Shown: positions 48,978 to 58,677, numbered from the stretch's first letter. The stretch: 58,767 nt of DNA from an uncultured Roseibacillus sp. (GCA_963989605.1 CAXEFH010000001.1:1-58767); one strand, 5' to 3'. The notes: generated by a model not told the origin, from the sequence alone. Program-made: numbers and translations.

Positions 48978-49754
48978 TTAATTACCGAGAGGATCGGTTC
49001 GAAATAGCAGGGTCGCGAGAGAACTTGTGACGATCGTGATGGCGAGAAAGTAGAGGAGAAAGCCGGAAAATTCGGGCCAGGACAGGGGTCCCATCTTAAA
49101 AATGAGGCGAGGGGTGAGATCCGCGAGGTGATATTGGGGCGAGAGGGCGTAGAGCCATTCCAGGATCTTGTTGTCGTCTCGAAGGCGGATCGTCATTCCC
49201 AGATAAGTCACCCCATAGAGACCGTAAAGGCATAGCGCTGTCGGAACCACGTAGCCGATCAGGGCCCCGAAACGGCTGGCAGCTCCAATGCCGAGGAGGG
49301 TGAGGGGGCCGATCGTGAGGAGGAGAAGGGTTGCGAATTGCAGGTTGGTCCATACCCACATTGAAGCCTCCTTGGGGTCGGCAGGCATGGCGAAGATCAG
49401 GCATGTGGCCACGGACATCAGGACGATCGGGAGGAGGGAGAGGATGACCGCACTCCAGATCGCAAAAATCTGGCGAAGAGAACCGACTCCCTGAGAGCGG
49501 AAATAGGACCCCATTCCGGTGTTGGAATTACTCTCGCCGAAACGCGCGGCCTGCGAAAGGGTCCAGAAGACCGCGACCATCCATGTACAGGTCCACGCAG
49601 TCTGGGCCCGGGCAGGTTCGAGAAGGGCAGTATTACTTTCGTAGGGTGTAAAGAGGGGAAAGACGATGGGCGTGATGATGGAGACAAGGAGCACCACGAC
49701 CCACATCTTCCGGGCCAGCATGGTGGCGATGGTCAGTCGGAAGAGGGCAGTCAT
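48978..49754 (-). CDS. ABC-2-like integral membrane permease, hypothetical
   Basis: About 6 predicted TM helices. The ATG at 49754 lies 24 nt downstream of the ATPase stop. No family motif recognised. Confidence 0.6.
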   Translation of the reverse strand: MTALFRLTIATMLARKMWVVVLLVSIITPIVFPLFTPYESNTALLEPARAQTAWTCTWMVAVFWTLSQAARFGESNSNTGMGSYFRSQGVGSLRQIFAIWSAVILSLLPIVLMSVATCLIFAMPADPKEASMWVWTNLQFATLLLLTIGPLTLLGIGAASRFGALIGYVVPTALCLYGLYGVTYLGMTIRLRDDNKILEWLYALSPQYHLADLTPRLIFKMGPLSWPEFSGFLLYFLAITIVTSSLATLLFRTDPLGN

Positions 49755-49777
49755 GAGCACTAGATCTCTTTGTGGTA

Positions 49778-50443
49778 TCAGTTGAGCCGTTTTTTGAAAT
49801 CGGCCCACGTGAGGCTACCACTGCCTCCCTGCGTAATTTCACCATCGCTGATCAGGAGGGCGCTTGGCATGACCATGGAGTCGAAGTCGGGGTGACATGA
49901 TACAATTCGGAGAGTTTGCGCACTACTTGAGGACCAATGCCTCGTGACCACTTCCCGGGCCGGGGTATCAAGTCCGGTGAAGGGCTCGTCGTAGAACAGG
50001 AGGTTAGGGTTCTCCTTCAAGGTTCGGAATTCAGCGACCACGAGTCCCACCTTCTTCCGGTTGCCGAATGAAAGCTTGCCGAACTCCTTGTTGATATCGA
50101 GCTCGAGCTGATCCGCGAGGTTAAAGGCGGCTTCGCGGACAGAGGCTGAGATCAGCGCCTTGAAGATGGCACCTGATTTCAACTCACGGTCGAAATAGAA
50201 TTCATCGCCAATGAACTGACAGAGGCCATAGGTTGAGTAGCAGCCGGACCGTTGTCTCAGGAGACCCGCGAGAGTCTTCAGGAGGGTAGTCTTGCCGCGC
50301 CCATTCCGGGCGAGAAGATAGTGCGTCCCACTCTTGAGGGGAATGTCCTCAGTGACGGTGGCGAGCACGGAACGATACCCGATAGCCAGTCCTTCGGAGA
50401 GTTCTACCGAGGCTTGGTTGGGATCCGGAAGGCTGGGTGTCAT
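49778..50443 (-). CDS. ABC transporter ATP-binding protein (deviant signature motif)
   Basis: Walker A ARNGRGKTT, Q-loop QFIGDE, signature LSFGNRKK (instead of LSGGQ), Walker B LLFYDEPFTGLD, H-loop SCHPD. ATG at 50443. Confidence 0.8.
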   Translation of the reverse strand: MTPSLPDPNQASVELSEGLAIGYRSVLATVTEDIPLKSGTHYLLARNGRGKTTLLKTLAGLLRQRSGCYSTYGLCQFIGDEFYFDRELKSGAIFKALISASVREAAFNLADQLELDINKEFGKLSFGNRKKVGLVVAEFRTLKENPNLLFYDEPFTGLDTPAREVVTRHWSSSSAQTLRIVSCHPDFDSMVMPSALLISDGEITQGGSGSLTWADFKKRLN

Positions 50444-50586
50444 GTCACGAGAGGCGGGGACTGGCGGCCTCGCAAGGCCCGCTCCTGCTCTCGTCGGGAG
50501 AGGGAAGGCTGTGGCCGACTGAGCGAGGGGCAATTGCTTTAGATTCGCTATTATTTAAGCAAAACGACTTATTCCCTGCAAGAGCT

Positions 50587-50606
50587 GGGGACAAAAGATT
50601 GTCCCC
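50587..50606 (-). terminator. candidate stem-loop between the DUF502 gene and the ABC operon
   Basis: Perfect 8-bp stem with a 4-nt loop (GGGGACAA-AAGA-TTGTCCCC), 41 nt downstream of the DUF502 stop. No U-tract follows. A hairpin of this size is expected a few times by chance in 58 kb. Confidence 0.25.
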
Positions 50607-50646
50607 GGGGTTTCTACGCCATGGGCACGATCCTGGAATTGATTGA

Positions 50647-51297
50647 TCACTGAGCCGCGGTTTTGGGCGGCTCGTCGTAGTTCATTGTATCCGGTGCTAC
50701 TGCGCCTCCTGACATGATGAATGCCATGGCCTCATCGAGGGTCCACTCGGTGGATGTAACCCTCTCCAGAGGAACGATCTCGAGGTAGCCAGAGGTAGGG
50801 TTTGGGGTGGTTGGGACGTATACCGCAGCCAGATCTCGTCCGGTGCTGGTGTCCTTCAGGACGCGGGTTACCAGTCCCACGGTTTTCATCTCGGGCGAGG
50901 GGAAGTCGATAAGAACGACGCGCTGCAGACCTCCTCCCGGTTTTTCCTGAAGGACCGTCACCAGTTTTTTTACCGCTCCATAAATCACATTTACGAGAGG
51001 GATCTTTGACAGGATGGCCTCGAAGAGACCCAGTAACCGACGGCCAACTACCACGGTTGTCAGACGGCCGACGCCGTAAAGGGCCAAGACCACCAGCAGG
51101 ATGGCAAATAAATTTGTGAAGAGAGGACTCTCTACAAGGGCCTGTAGGGACTCGGGCAAGAAGTCCGCGATCCATCTGATGGCGGGCTCTCCTGCCCTTG
51201 CGAGAAGCTGGAAGAGAAAGCGTAAGACCAACCATGTAATCCAGAGGGGGACGATTGTCAGGAGGCCCGCCAGAATGAAGCGTCGCGTCTTGATCAT
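50647..51297 (-). CDS. DUF502 family membrane protein
   Basis: N-terminus MIKTRRFILAGLLTIVPLWITWLVLRFLF. Two TM helices plus a conserved C-terminal domain (GLVTRV...VYVPTTPNPTSGYL). Confidence 0.8.
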   Translation of the reverse strand: MIKTRRFILAGLLTIVPLWITWLVLRFLFQLLARAGEPAIRWIADFLPESLQALVESPLFTNLFAILLVVLALYGVGRLTTVVVGRRLLGLFEAILSKIPLVNVIYGAVKKLVTVLQEKPGGGLQRVVLIDFPSPEMKTVGLVTRVLKDTSTGRDLAAVYVPTTPNPTSGYLEIVPLERVTSTEWTLDEAMAFIMSGGAVAPDTMNYDEPPKTAAQ

Positions 51298-51380
51298 GCA
51301 GTAGAGGGTGCACCGCTTCCGGGAGGAGCGAAATGAAAATCGGCAAAAGGAGTAATGTGCCGAGGCCCCGGGAAGGACTC

Positions 51381-52011
51381 CTATTCGTCCCCTTCGGAGT
51401 CCACGGCCTCCGGGGCTCAGCCTCGTCGAGGCTGAGCCGCTCTTCGAAGGTGGCCCCGTCGATCCGGGAAAGAACGAGCGGGTTAATTGAACCTCCTACG
51501 TCTGTGGTGAGGACCAAGTTGTTCCCCTCAAGGTGAAAGGTCGCAAATTCGGGGGCGCCTTCTTAGCCTGCTCGTGTGATTTCGATGTAGAGGATGTCAT
51601 TCTCCTTGTCTTTGGCGGAGACAACATATGAGGCCGTATTTTCCTGCCCCAACATGTGAACCGAGAAGGATCCCCTGCTTTGGATCTGAAGGGCCAGTGA
51701 ATCAAGGATGCGGGCTGTCAGAGCCTTGGCGGATCTCCCTGTTCCGGCGTTTGTGCGGAGGCCCTTTCGATCGCCCGCGTGGTAGCCTCAAGATCAGGAG
51801 CCCAGTAGCCTATGAGGATCTCCTCAATGTCTCGTGAGGTTTCGGGCCTGCTTCCCGGAGATGAGCCAACGGGTATCCGGCCTGACTTCGCAGACAGGTC
51901 CGCAGATGAGCTTTGTGCGGAGGGGGATTGGGTGTCTTCGCAGCTGGGGAGCAGCAGCGGCACGCCGGAAAGGATGAGTGCGCTGGCCGCTGTGATCTTG
52001 GCCCGTTTCAT
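51381..52011 (-). pseudogene. small envelope lipoprotein, disrupted paralogue of 53411-53974
   Basis: Lipoprotein signal MKRAKITAASALILSGVPLLLPSC and IGYWAPDLEA lie in one frame, which stops at 51718. The continuation (AKALTARILDSLALQIQSRGSFSVHMLGQENTASYVVSAKDKENDILYIEITRAG*EGAPEFATFHLEGNNLVLTTDVGGSINPLVLSRIDGATFEERL) is in another frame with an in-frame TAA at 51563-51565. By eye it is colinear with the intact 187-aa neighbour. Confidence 0.5.
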
Positions 52012-52138
52012 TGTGACAAGCAGTGGATGAGGATGAACGTGGTAGTGGCGATTCGAAATAGCGCTCCTGGCCATGCTCCCCTGCGGGCTTCAGGTTGCTT
52101 TTGCTGGTGTCTCCCAGTCGATCACGCCAGACTCCCTG

Positions 52139-53404
52139 ATGATGAAAGCTTTCAGCCTCCTTTGTGGGGTAGCCCTTACGGTGGGAACAGCCCTGTGCGG
52201 CTATGGAAACCCTGAGGCAGCAAGTGATGACTGGCCTGCGTGGAGAGGACCTGGTCGTAATGGACATGCGGACCCTCTGCAGAAACTACCTCCGGCCCTT
52301 GACCCCGGGCAGCATACGCTCTGGGAGGCAGCGGTTCCGGGGCGGGGACATGGGTCCCCGATCGTAGCCGGCAATCGTATTTACCTCGTCACTGCGTATA
52401 AGGACAAACAATCCCAGTCCCTGCTGGCCTACGACCGTGCCAACGGCGAACTCGCGTGGACCACGGTGATTCACTCGGGGAATTTACCGGAGCGGATCAA
52501 TCGCAAGGCGACTCATGCTTCAAACTCCCCGGCGTATGACGGTGAGAGGCTCTACGTGACGTTTGTGAATGACGGGGCGGCGCACGCAACTGCCCTGAAT
52601 CTCAAGGGCGAGAAAGTCTGGAGCACCCGCCTGACTGACTACAAGGTTCATCAGGGATATGGGGCGTCGCCCATGGTGTATCGCTCCCTGCTGCTGGTAT
52701 GTGCGGATAACAAGAAGGCCGGAGCAATTCTTGGTCTGGATCGCAGGACCGGGGAGGTGGTCTGGAAGGTGAACCGTCCGAAGATCCCTAATTACATGCC
52801 TCCAATCGTGCAGCAGGTGGGCGGCCGGGATCAGCTCGTGATTTCAGGGTGCGAGAAGATCATCAGTCTCGAGCCGATGACGGGGAAGTTGCTGTGGGAA
52901 GCCAAGGGATCGACACAGGAAACGGTCACCTCGCCCGTGACGGACGGGGAGCGCATCTTCGTGAGTGGAGGGTGGCCCAAGAATCACGTTCACGCCGTGG
53001 AAGGCAATGGCTCAGGTAAGGTCGCGTGGCGTAATATCAGCCGAGTCTATGTCCCTTCCATGCTGGTCGCCGAAGGGCACCTCTACGCCGTGATGGATGG
53101 TGGTGCCGCGATGTGCTGGGATTGCCGGACCGGTCAACGAAAGTGGAAAGGTATTCTGGGGGGAACGTTTTCGAGCTCCCCGGTTCTGGTAGGAGACTAC
53201 ATCCACGCCATCAACGAGACCGGAGACTACTTTAAGTTCAAGGCGGACCCCGGTAAATTCGAGGTCGTCCACAAAACTCAAATAGGAGATGAGGTGTTTG
53301 CCACGCCCGTCTTCTGTGGAGGCCGCGTCTACGCCCGGGTAGCGGTATTCGAAAACGACAGAAGAAGAGAAAAGCTTGTCTGCCTCGGGGATCCGAAGGG
53401 TTGA
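52139..53404 (+). CDS. PQQ-like beta-propeller repeat protein (BamB-like fold)
   Basis: Signal peptide from the ATG at 52139. WPAWRGPGRNGH start. Repeated G.lyv....g.l.Al...tGe..W blades. Confidence 0.78.
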   Translation: MMKAFSLLCGVALTVGTALCGYGNPEAASDDWPAWRGPGRNGHADPLQKLPPALDPGQHTLWEAAVPGRGHGSPIVAGNRIYLVTAYKDKQSQSLLAYDRANGELAWTTVIHSGNLPERINRKATHASNSPAYDGERLYVTFVNDGAAHATALNLKGEKVWSTRLTDYKVHQGYGASPMVYRSLLLVCADNKKAGAILGLDRRTGEVVWKVNRPKIPNYMPPIVQQVGGRDQLVISGCEKIISLEPMTGKLLWEAKGSTQETVTSPVTDGERIFVSGGWPKNHVHAVEGNGSGKVAWRNISRVYVPSMLVAEGHLYAVMDGGAAMCWDCRTGQRKWKGILGGTFSSSPVLVGDYIHAINETGDYFKFKADPGKFEVVHKTQIGDEVFATPVFCGGRVYARVAVFENDRRREKLVCLGDPKG

Positions 53405-53410
53405 GCAGAC

Positions 53411-53974
53411 CTACTCGAGGCCAGGAAACAAGGGCGCTTGTGCAGCTGCATTCTTACGCTTCTCGAACTCCGAGGCAGTAATGCTGTTGAGGATGAATTT
53501 CTCCCCGTCTTTCTCGAGGGTCAGGGTCCTGCTGCCGTCTTTTTTTTCCTCGATCGTGGCCGAGCCCTCTCCTTCGCCCTCATCGTCTTTAATGCTCATG
53601 GTGAGTTTGTTGGCGGCCTTATCTACCTTTGTGATCGTGTAGGTTGCCGTCTGCTTTTCACCCATGGCGTGGATTGTGACCGCACCTTTATCCACGCTCA
53701 CCGCCATGTTCTGCATCATGGCCTCAATGAGGGGGAGTGCTGCGGCCGCTGCAGGGTCGTCCCCAAGTCCTTTTTGAAGCTCATTCATCATGGCCTTGGG
53801 GTCGGGGGCCCATTTCCCAATAAACTTCTTCTCAACCTCTCCTCCATCGACGGCTTTCACGGCTGGAGCCTCGACAGCAGGGGTCTTTTTGGCTGGAGCC
53901 TTGTCCTCCTCGGCTATTGCGGGAGCGATAGTGGCGAGCGCGAAGGCGGCAAAAAAGGCGTGGGTGCGGTTCAT
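53411..53974 (-). CDS. secreted protein, hypothetical (intact paralogue of the 51381-52011 pseudogene)
   Basis: Signal peptide MNRTHAFFAAFALATIAPAIA. IGKWAPDPKA motif. Lipocalin-size beta-rich C-terminal part. Contains an A8 run (GAAAAAAAAG) in the coding sequence. Confidence 0.65.
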   Translation of the reverse strand: MNRTHAFFAAFALATIAPAIAEEDKAPAKKTPAVEAPAVKAVDGGEVEKKFIGKWAPDPKAMMNELQKGLGDDPAAAAALPLIEAMMQNMAVSVDKGAVTIHAMGEKQTATYTITKVDKAANKLTMSIKDDEGEGEGSATIEEKKDGSRTLTLEKDGEKFILNSITASEFEKRKNAAAQAPLFPGLE

Positions 53975-54107
53975 GGTGGAGAGAGCTTGGACCGGGACCG
54001 GGGGAAGGGGAAAGTACGAATGTTCTTTCCTTGGTGCCGGGCCTTGACGAGTCCCCTGGTCTGGGTTGTGTTCACCCGCCGCCGGTTGTCGAACCCGCGG
54101 GAAAGGA

Positions 54108-56279
54108 ATGAGGAAAGGATTCTACTATCTGGCAGTCTGTTTCTGGCTGGGGTCGCCGGTGGGCGCACAAGCCGAGAAGAAGCCCAGTATAGCGGCCCTG
54201 CGGCTCAAGCCCGGGGAGAGCCTGAACGTAGATGGTCGGCTGGATGAAAAAGCATGGCAGAGAGCGGAGAAAGGCCGGGGCTTCCGGCAATATGATCCCG
54301 GCAGAGGAACGCCGGCCACCGAGCGCACAGAGTTCGCAATCGCCTATGATCAGGACCATCTCTACGCGGCGGTTTGGTGCTATGATTCAGAGCCCGGGGG
54401 CGTCATGGCCCGCTCGATGGTCAGGGATCGGATGTACACGGGTTCAGATTTCGTGTATCTCTTCTTCGATACCTATCATGATCAGCGCAACGGCTACGTC
54501 TTTGCGGTGAATCCCGCGGGAGCACAAAGTGATGCCCTCATCACAAACAACACCGGCAGGAATTTTTCGTGGGACGGGATCTGGACATCCAAGGCGACTA
54601 TCAGCGATGAAGGGTGGTTTGTGGAAATCGCGATTCCTTTCAAGACCCTGAGCTTTGCCCCGGACGGAACGGTATGGGGGTTCAACATGTCCCGGAGGAT
54701 CCGGAGGAAAAGCGAAGCGGTTCGCTGGACGGGATGGAAAGACGAGATCAAATCCCACAATGCCATCGAAGCCGGGGATATCACGGGGCTTGGGGGCATG
54801 CGTCAGGGACTCGGCCTCGAGTTCTCACCCTACGGTGTCGGTCGGTATGGGAGCGGCAGTGGTGAGCCCGATACTCTTGGAGGTGATCTGGGAGCAAACT
54901 TGCGCTATCGGGTGACGCCAAACTTTTCCGCAACGCTCAGTTACAATACCGATTTTGCAGAGACGGAGGTCGACCAGCGGGTTGTCAACTTCAGCCGGTT
55001 CCCCCTGTTCTTTCCCGAGAAGCGGGACTTCTTCCTCGAGGATAGTGGGATCTATGATTTTGGGCCCGTGACACAGAGGAAAGGCAGGGGGCCAAACTTC
55101 CTGCCCTATTTTACGAGAAGAATTGGTCTGTCGGACGGCCAGATCATTCCCATCCAGCTGGCGACCAAACTGGCAGGAAGGCTTGGGGAGTATGATGTCG
55201 GGCTGACTCACGCCCGATTGGACGGGCCCTCCGGCCTCGGCGAGCAGGATGTATTCGCGGCCCGGGTGACGAAACAGGTGTTTACCCAATCCCGGGTGGG
55301 AGTGATCGCCACCGGTGGGAATCCGGCTTCCGAGCTGGATAATTACGTCGGAGGAGTCGACTTCGCCTACCGGACAAACGAGTTTCTCGAGGACAAGATC
55401 CTCGAGGCTAACGTATATGCGCTCGGGAATTACGCGGAAGCGGTCGGGGGTGGACATGGAACGGATTACGCCTTTGGCGCTCAGGTCTCTTATCCAAATG
55501 ATCGATGGGATGGGAACCTCAGCTACATGGAGATCGGGGCAGATTTCAACCCGGCACTTGGCTTCGTGCAGCGCACGGGGGTCCGCAGCCTTTCGGGACT
55601 GCTGCGTCGGAAGCACCGCTCCGGGGGCAGTGGTTGGTATCGGCAGCTGGCGCGGGGGGCGGATTTCAAGGTAACCTCGCTGACTTCCGGAGGCTTGGAT
55701 TCGGCTCGCTTCGGTGTTGTGCCCTTCAACATCGACTTCGCCAGTACGGATGAGTTGTCCCTCAGGATTTCCCACGACATCGACCGCCCGGTTGAGGATT
55801 TTGATATCGGGAAGGTGACCGTGCCTGCGGATAATTATTCATGGACCAAGGCACGACTGGAATACGAGACCACAAGTTCCCGTCCCCTCTGGGGGGAGTT
55901 CTCTCTGGAAGCCGGGCAGTTCTACGATGGATGGCGGGTAAAAGCAGCGGGAGATCTGGAGTGGAATCCGAACCGATATTTCCGTATTAAGGGAAGCTAT
56001 CAATACAACCTGGTGGATCTCGGAGGGGGCGAATTCGATGCTCATGTCGGGAGCCTTGGCGTTAACTGGAACCTCACGCCGGATCTCGGGTGGTCCAGTC
56101 TGGTGCAATACGACAGCCTCTCGAGGCAAGTAGGTTTTAACTCCAGAATCCGGTGGGAATATCGCCCGGGCTCAACGATCTTCCTTGTGCTCAATCAGTC
56201 GCTTCTGGCTGAGGACCGCGGATTGGGAGTTGAGAGGTCAGACCTGACCCTGAAGGCAGACGCGACCTTCAGGTTCTAG
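54108..56279 (+). CDS. CBM9-like / DUF5916 domain outer-membrane-type protein
   Basis: Signal peptide from the ATG at 54108. N-terminal VDGRLDEKAWQRAEKGRGFRQYDP...EFAIAYDQDHLYAAVWCYD...FFDTYHDQRNGYVFAVNP. A long beta-rich C-terminus ending in an aromatic residue (TFRF). Confidence 0.75.
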   Translation: MRKGFYYLAVCFWLGSPVGAQAEKKPSIAALRLKPGESLNVDGRLDEKAWQRAEKGRGFRQYDPGRGTPATERTEFAIAYDQDHLYAAVWCYDSEPGGVMARSMVRDRMYTGSDFVYLFFDTYHDQRNGYVFAVNPAGAQSDALITNNTGRNFSWDGIWTSKATISDEGWFVEIAIPFKTLSFAPDGTVWGFNMSRRIRRKSEAVRWTGWKDEIKSHNAIEAGDITGLGGMRQGLGLEFSPYGVGRYGSGSGEPDTLGGDLGANLRYRVTPNFSATLSYNTDFAETEVDQRVVNFSRFPLFFPEKRDFFLEDSGIYDFGPVTQRKGRGPNFLPYFTRRIGLSDGQIIPIQLATKLAGRLGEYDVGLTHARLDGPSGLGEQDVFAARVTKQVFTQSRVGVIATGGNPASELDNYVGGVDFAYRTNEFLEDKILEANVYALGNYAEAVGGGHGTDYAFGAQVSYPNDRWDGNLSYMEIGADFNPALGFVQRTGVRSLSGLLRRKHRSGGSGWYRQLARGADFKVTSLTSGGLDSARFGVVPFNIDFASTDELSLRISHDIDRPVEDFDIGKVTVPADNYSWTKARLEYETTSSRPLWGEFSLEAGQFYDGWRVKAAGDLEWNPNRYFRIKGSYQYNLVDLGGGEFDAHVGSLGVNWNLTPDLGWSSLVQYDSLSRQVGFNSRIRWEYRPGSTIFLVLNQSLLAEDRGLGVERSDLTLKADATFRF

Positions 56280-56300
56280 GCCTTTTGCGAGGGGCCCTTG

Positions 56301-57185
56301 CTAGAAGTCGCGGTCCAGAAGGTAATGGGCGAGTTCGTCCAGCCGGGCGGCACGAGGGCCGAGGCCTTGAAGTGCGGCCAGTGCTTTCCTCGTCAGACGA
56401 CGAGCTTCCTGCCGGCTCTTGTCGAGGCCGAGAATTCCGGGGTAGGTCGCCTTGTCTACCTGAGCGTCCTTGCCTGCCGTTTTCCCGAGCGTTGCGGTCG
56501 ACTGGGTCACGTCGAGAATGTCATCGATTACCTGGAAGGCGAGGCCGAGGGACTTTCCGAATTCGGTCAATGCGTCTAGCTGTCGCGGAGTCGCGTTGGC
56601 GCTCATCGCGCCGAGGCGCAGGGAAGAGGTCAGCAGGGCCGCGGTCTTGGCCTCGTGAATCTTGGCAAGTTGAGCCTTGGAAAGGCGTTGGCCTTCGGCT
56701 TCCAGGTCCATGATCTGTCCCCCGATCAGACGCCGGGAATCAGCACAGAAGGCCAGCTCGGTGACGTAGTCGCGCGTCCGATATCTTTTACACTCCGGGG
56801 TCTGAGCGATGATCGCGAAGGCCTCCGTCAGGATGGCATCGCCGGCAAGCACCGCCACACCCTCACCGTAAGCGACATGAGTTGTGGGCTTGCCCCTGCG
56901 CAGGTCGTCGTCGTCCATGCAGGGAAGATCGTCGTGAACAAGAGAGTAGGTGTGGATCAATTCAACCGCACAGGCCGGTGCCAGCGCTTCTTCGCTGGTG
57001 CCACCACAGGTTTCTGCCGCCGCGAGACAGAGGATGGGTCGCAGGCGCTTACCCCCCGCAAAGACTGGATGCCGCATCGCACGGTGGACGGTGGAAGGGC
57101 GGACGCCAGGCTTTGGCAGGAACCCGCGCAGCGCTGTGTCAACGAAGCGCTGTTGCTTCCGGAGGTAGGCCTTGAGATCGGACAC
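56301..57185 (-). CDS. ispA: polyprenyl diphosphate synthase (farnesyl-diphosphate synthase type)
   Basis: First Asp-rich motif LIHTYSLVHDDLPCMDDDDLRRG and second Asp-rich motif FQVIDDILD. Confidence 0.9.
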   Translation of the reverse strand: MSDLKAYLRKQQRFVDTALRGFLPKPGVRPSTVHRAMRHPVFAGGKRLRPILCLAAAETCGGTSEEALAPACAVELIHTYSLVHDDLPCMDDDDLRRGKPTTHVAYGEGVAVLAGDAILTEAFAIIAQTPECKRYRTRDYVTELAFCADSRRLIGGQIMDLEAEGQRLSKAQLAKIHEAKTAALLTSSLRLGAMSANATPRQLDALTEFGKSLGLAFQVIDDILDVTQSTATLGKTAGKDAQVDKATYPGILGLDKSRQEARRLTRKALAALQGLGPRAARLDELAHYLLDRDF

Positions 57186-57257
57186 TGATACAAAAATACC
57201 TAAAAAGGGTTCATTCCCAAGCTCCCAATCTCATCTTGAGCTCTGTTTACTTTCCGT

Positions 57258-58262
57258 TCAGATTAATTCGGCGATTTGGACCGCATTCAGGGCAGCCCCT
57301 TTCCTGACCTGATCCCCGACGATCCAGAGGGCAAGGGCATCGTCCATCACCAGATCCTTACGGATTCTTCCCACGAGGCAGTCATCTTTCTCGGTAGTGT
57401 CCAATGGAGTCGGGTAGAGGGCCCGGGAGGGATCGTCCACTACCCGGACCCCGGGATACCCTTCGTAGGCAAGGCGGGCCTCCTCGACGCTCGGGGCGGT
57501 CGCGAACTGAGCGGTTACCGATACGGAGTGGGAGCGGTAGACCGGGACACGAACGCATGTGCAGGTAACCTTCAACTCTGGCAATCCAAGGATCTTTCTT
57601 CCCTCGTTCACCATCTTGAGTTCTTCCCGGGTGTAGCCGCCCTCGAGGAACTGGTCGACATGAGGAATGACGTTGAAGGCGATTTGTTTCGGATACACTT
57701 CCCGTGGCAGGTCATCCCTGCCCTCGGCGAGAGCCTTGACCTGTTCAGACAACTCTTCAATGCCCGCCTGGCCGCTGCCTGAAACAGCCTGATAACTGGA
57801 GGCAACAATAGAGCGTAATCCGAACTTCCGGTGCAGCGGGTTCAGACCCATCAAAGTGATGATCGTCGTACAATTTGGGTTTGCGATGATCCCTTTTGGA
57901 CGCGATCGCGCTGCCGCGGAATTGACTTCCGGAACGACCAGAGGCACCTCGGGATCCATCCGGAAGGCGGAAGAGTTGTCGATGACCACCGCCCCTGCCG
58001 CTGCGGCGGAGGGACCGTATTCGAGGGACAGGGCACCGCCCGCGCTGAAGAGGGCGATATTGACCCCCTCAAAGGACTCGTGGGTCAGTTCCCTGACGAC
58101 GCACTCCTCTCCCCGGAAAGGAATCTTCCGGCCGGCTGAGCGGGATGAGGCCAGAAGAGAAATCTCGCCTATCGGAAAGTCGCGCTCCTCCAGGCACTTG
58201 AGCATTTCCTTTCCCACGGCGCCCGTGGCACCGGCTATGGCAACATGAGGGGAATCGGACAT
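57258..58262 (-). CDS. asd: aspartate-semialdehyde dehydrogenase
   Basis: NAD(P)-binding AIAGATGAVGKEM directly after the Met at 58262. Active-site Cys in IANPNCTTI. The ORF extension to 58430 is not protein-like. Confidence 0.93.
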   Translation of the reverse strand: MSDSPHVAIAGATGAVGKEMLKCLEERDFPIGEISLLASSRSAGRKIPFRGEECVVRELTHESFEGVNIALFSAGGALSLEYGPSAAAAGAVVIDNSSAFRMDPEVPLVVPEVNSAAARSRPKGIIANPNCTTIITLMGLNPLHRKFGLRSIVASSYQAVSGSGQAGIEELSEQVKALAEGRDDLPREVYPKQIAFNVIPHVDQFLEGGYTREELKMVNEGRKILGLPELKVTCTCVRVPVYRSHSVSVTAQFATAPSVEEARLAYEGYPGVRVVDDPSRALYPTPLDTTEKDDCLVGRIRKDLVMDDALALWIVGDQVRKGAALNAVQIAELI

Positions 58263-58483
58263 GGCGCGCAGGGTGTGATGCGAAAGGACAGGATAGTCTA
58301 GTCTCAAACTCCCCATTCGCTGCGAATTTCTCTCATCGCATATCGTACCAAGGGTGCGCAACCTGGGATCAATGCTGGGTTCGAGGCGTCCTTTCGACCT
58401 TGCGGTCGTGGCGCCCGGTCCTATGCTCAAAGCATCTCGGCTCTTTTGCCGAATGTTTAGACCTATATAAAACCAGCGAGAAT

Positions 58484-58603
58484 ATGAAATTCCTTAAGGT
58501 AATCGCCAGCATATCGGCCGTTCTGGGGGCGGCGCTTTTCTCTTCCTCTTGTTCTCAGGGCCCTCCGGCCGATCCGCCAAGTTATGTGGCCCCGGCAAAA
58601 TAA
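58484..58603 (+). CDS. small lipoprotein, hypothetical (39 aa)
   Basis: MKFLKVIASISAVLGAALFSSSC lipobox followed by a Pro-rich 16-aa mature peptide. An AT-rich stretch (TATATAAAA) lies upstream. Confidence 0.35.
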   Translation: MKFLKVIASISAVLGAALFSSSCSQGPPADPPSYVAPAK

Positions 58604-58677
58604 TCTTTAAGCGTCCCTGATTATCGGGCAACCTCCTCTGACCCCGGGATCATCCGGGACTACTACTGACACTAACC

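Noticed and set aside
51496-51705. 69-aa ORF between the lipoprotein remnant and the DUF502 gene
   Set aside because: It has Ser/Thr/Pro/Arg-rich non-protein-like composition. The same DNA in another frame aligns by eye with the neighbouring 187-aa paralogue, so it is explained by the pseudogene.
58315-58327. 13-bp perfect palindrome ATTCGC-T-GCGAAT about 55 nt upstream of asd, as a possible operator
   Set aside because: 6+6 palindromes are expected more than ten times by chance in a window this size. There is no second copy or other supporting feature.
58380-58420. GGGTTCGAGGCG stretch resembling a tRNA T-arm
   Set aside because: There is no matching acceptor stem, D-arm or anticodon arm in the flanking ~80 nt. 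The T-loop consensus (GTTCGAATC or GTTCAAATC) is not met.
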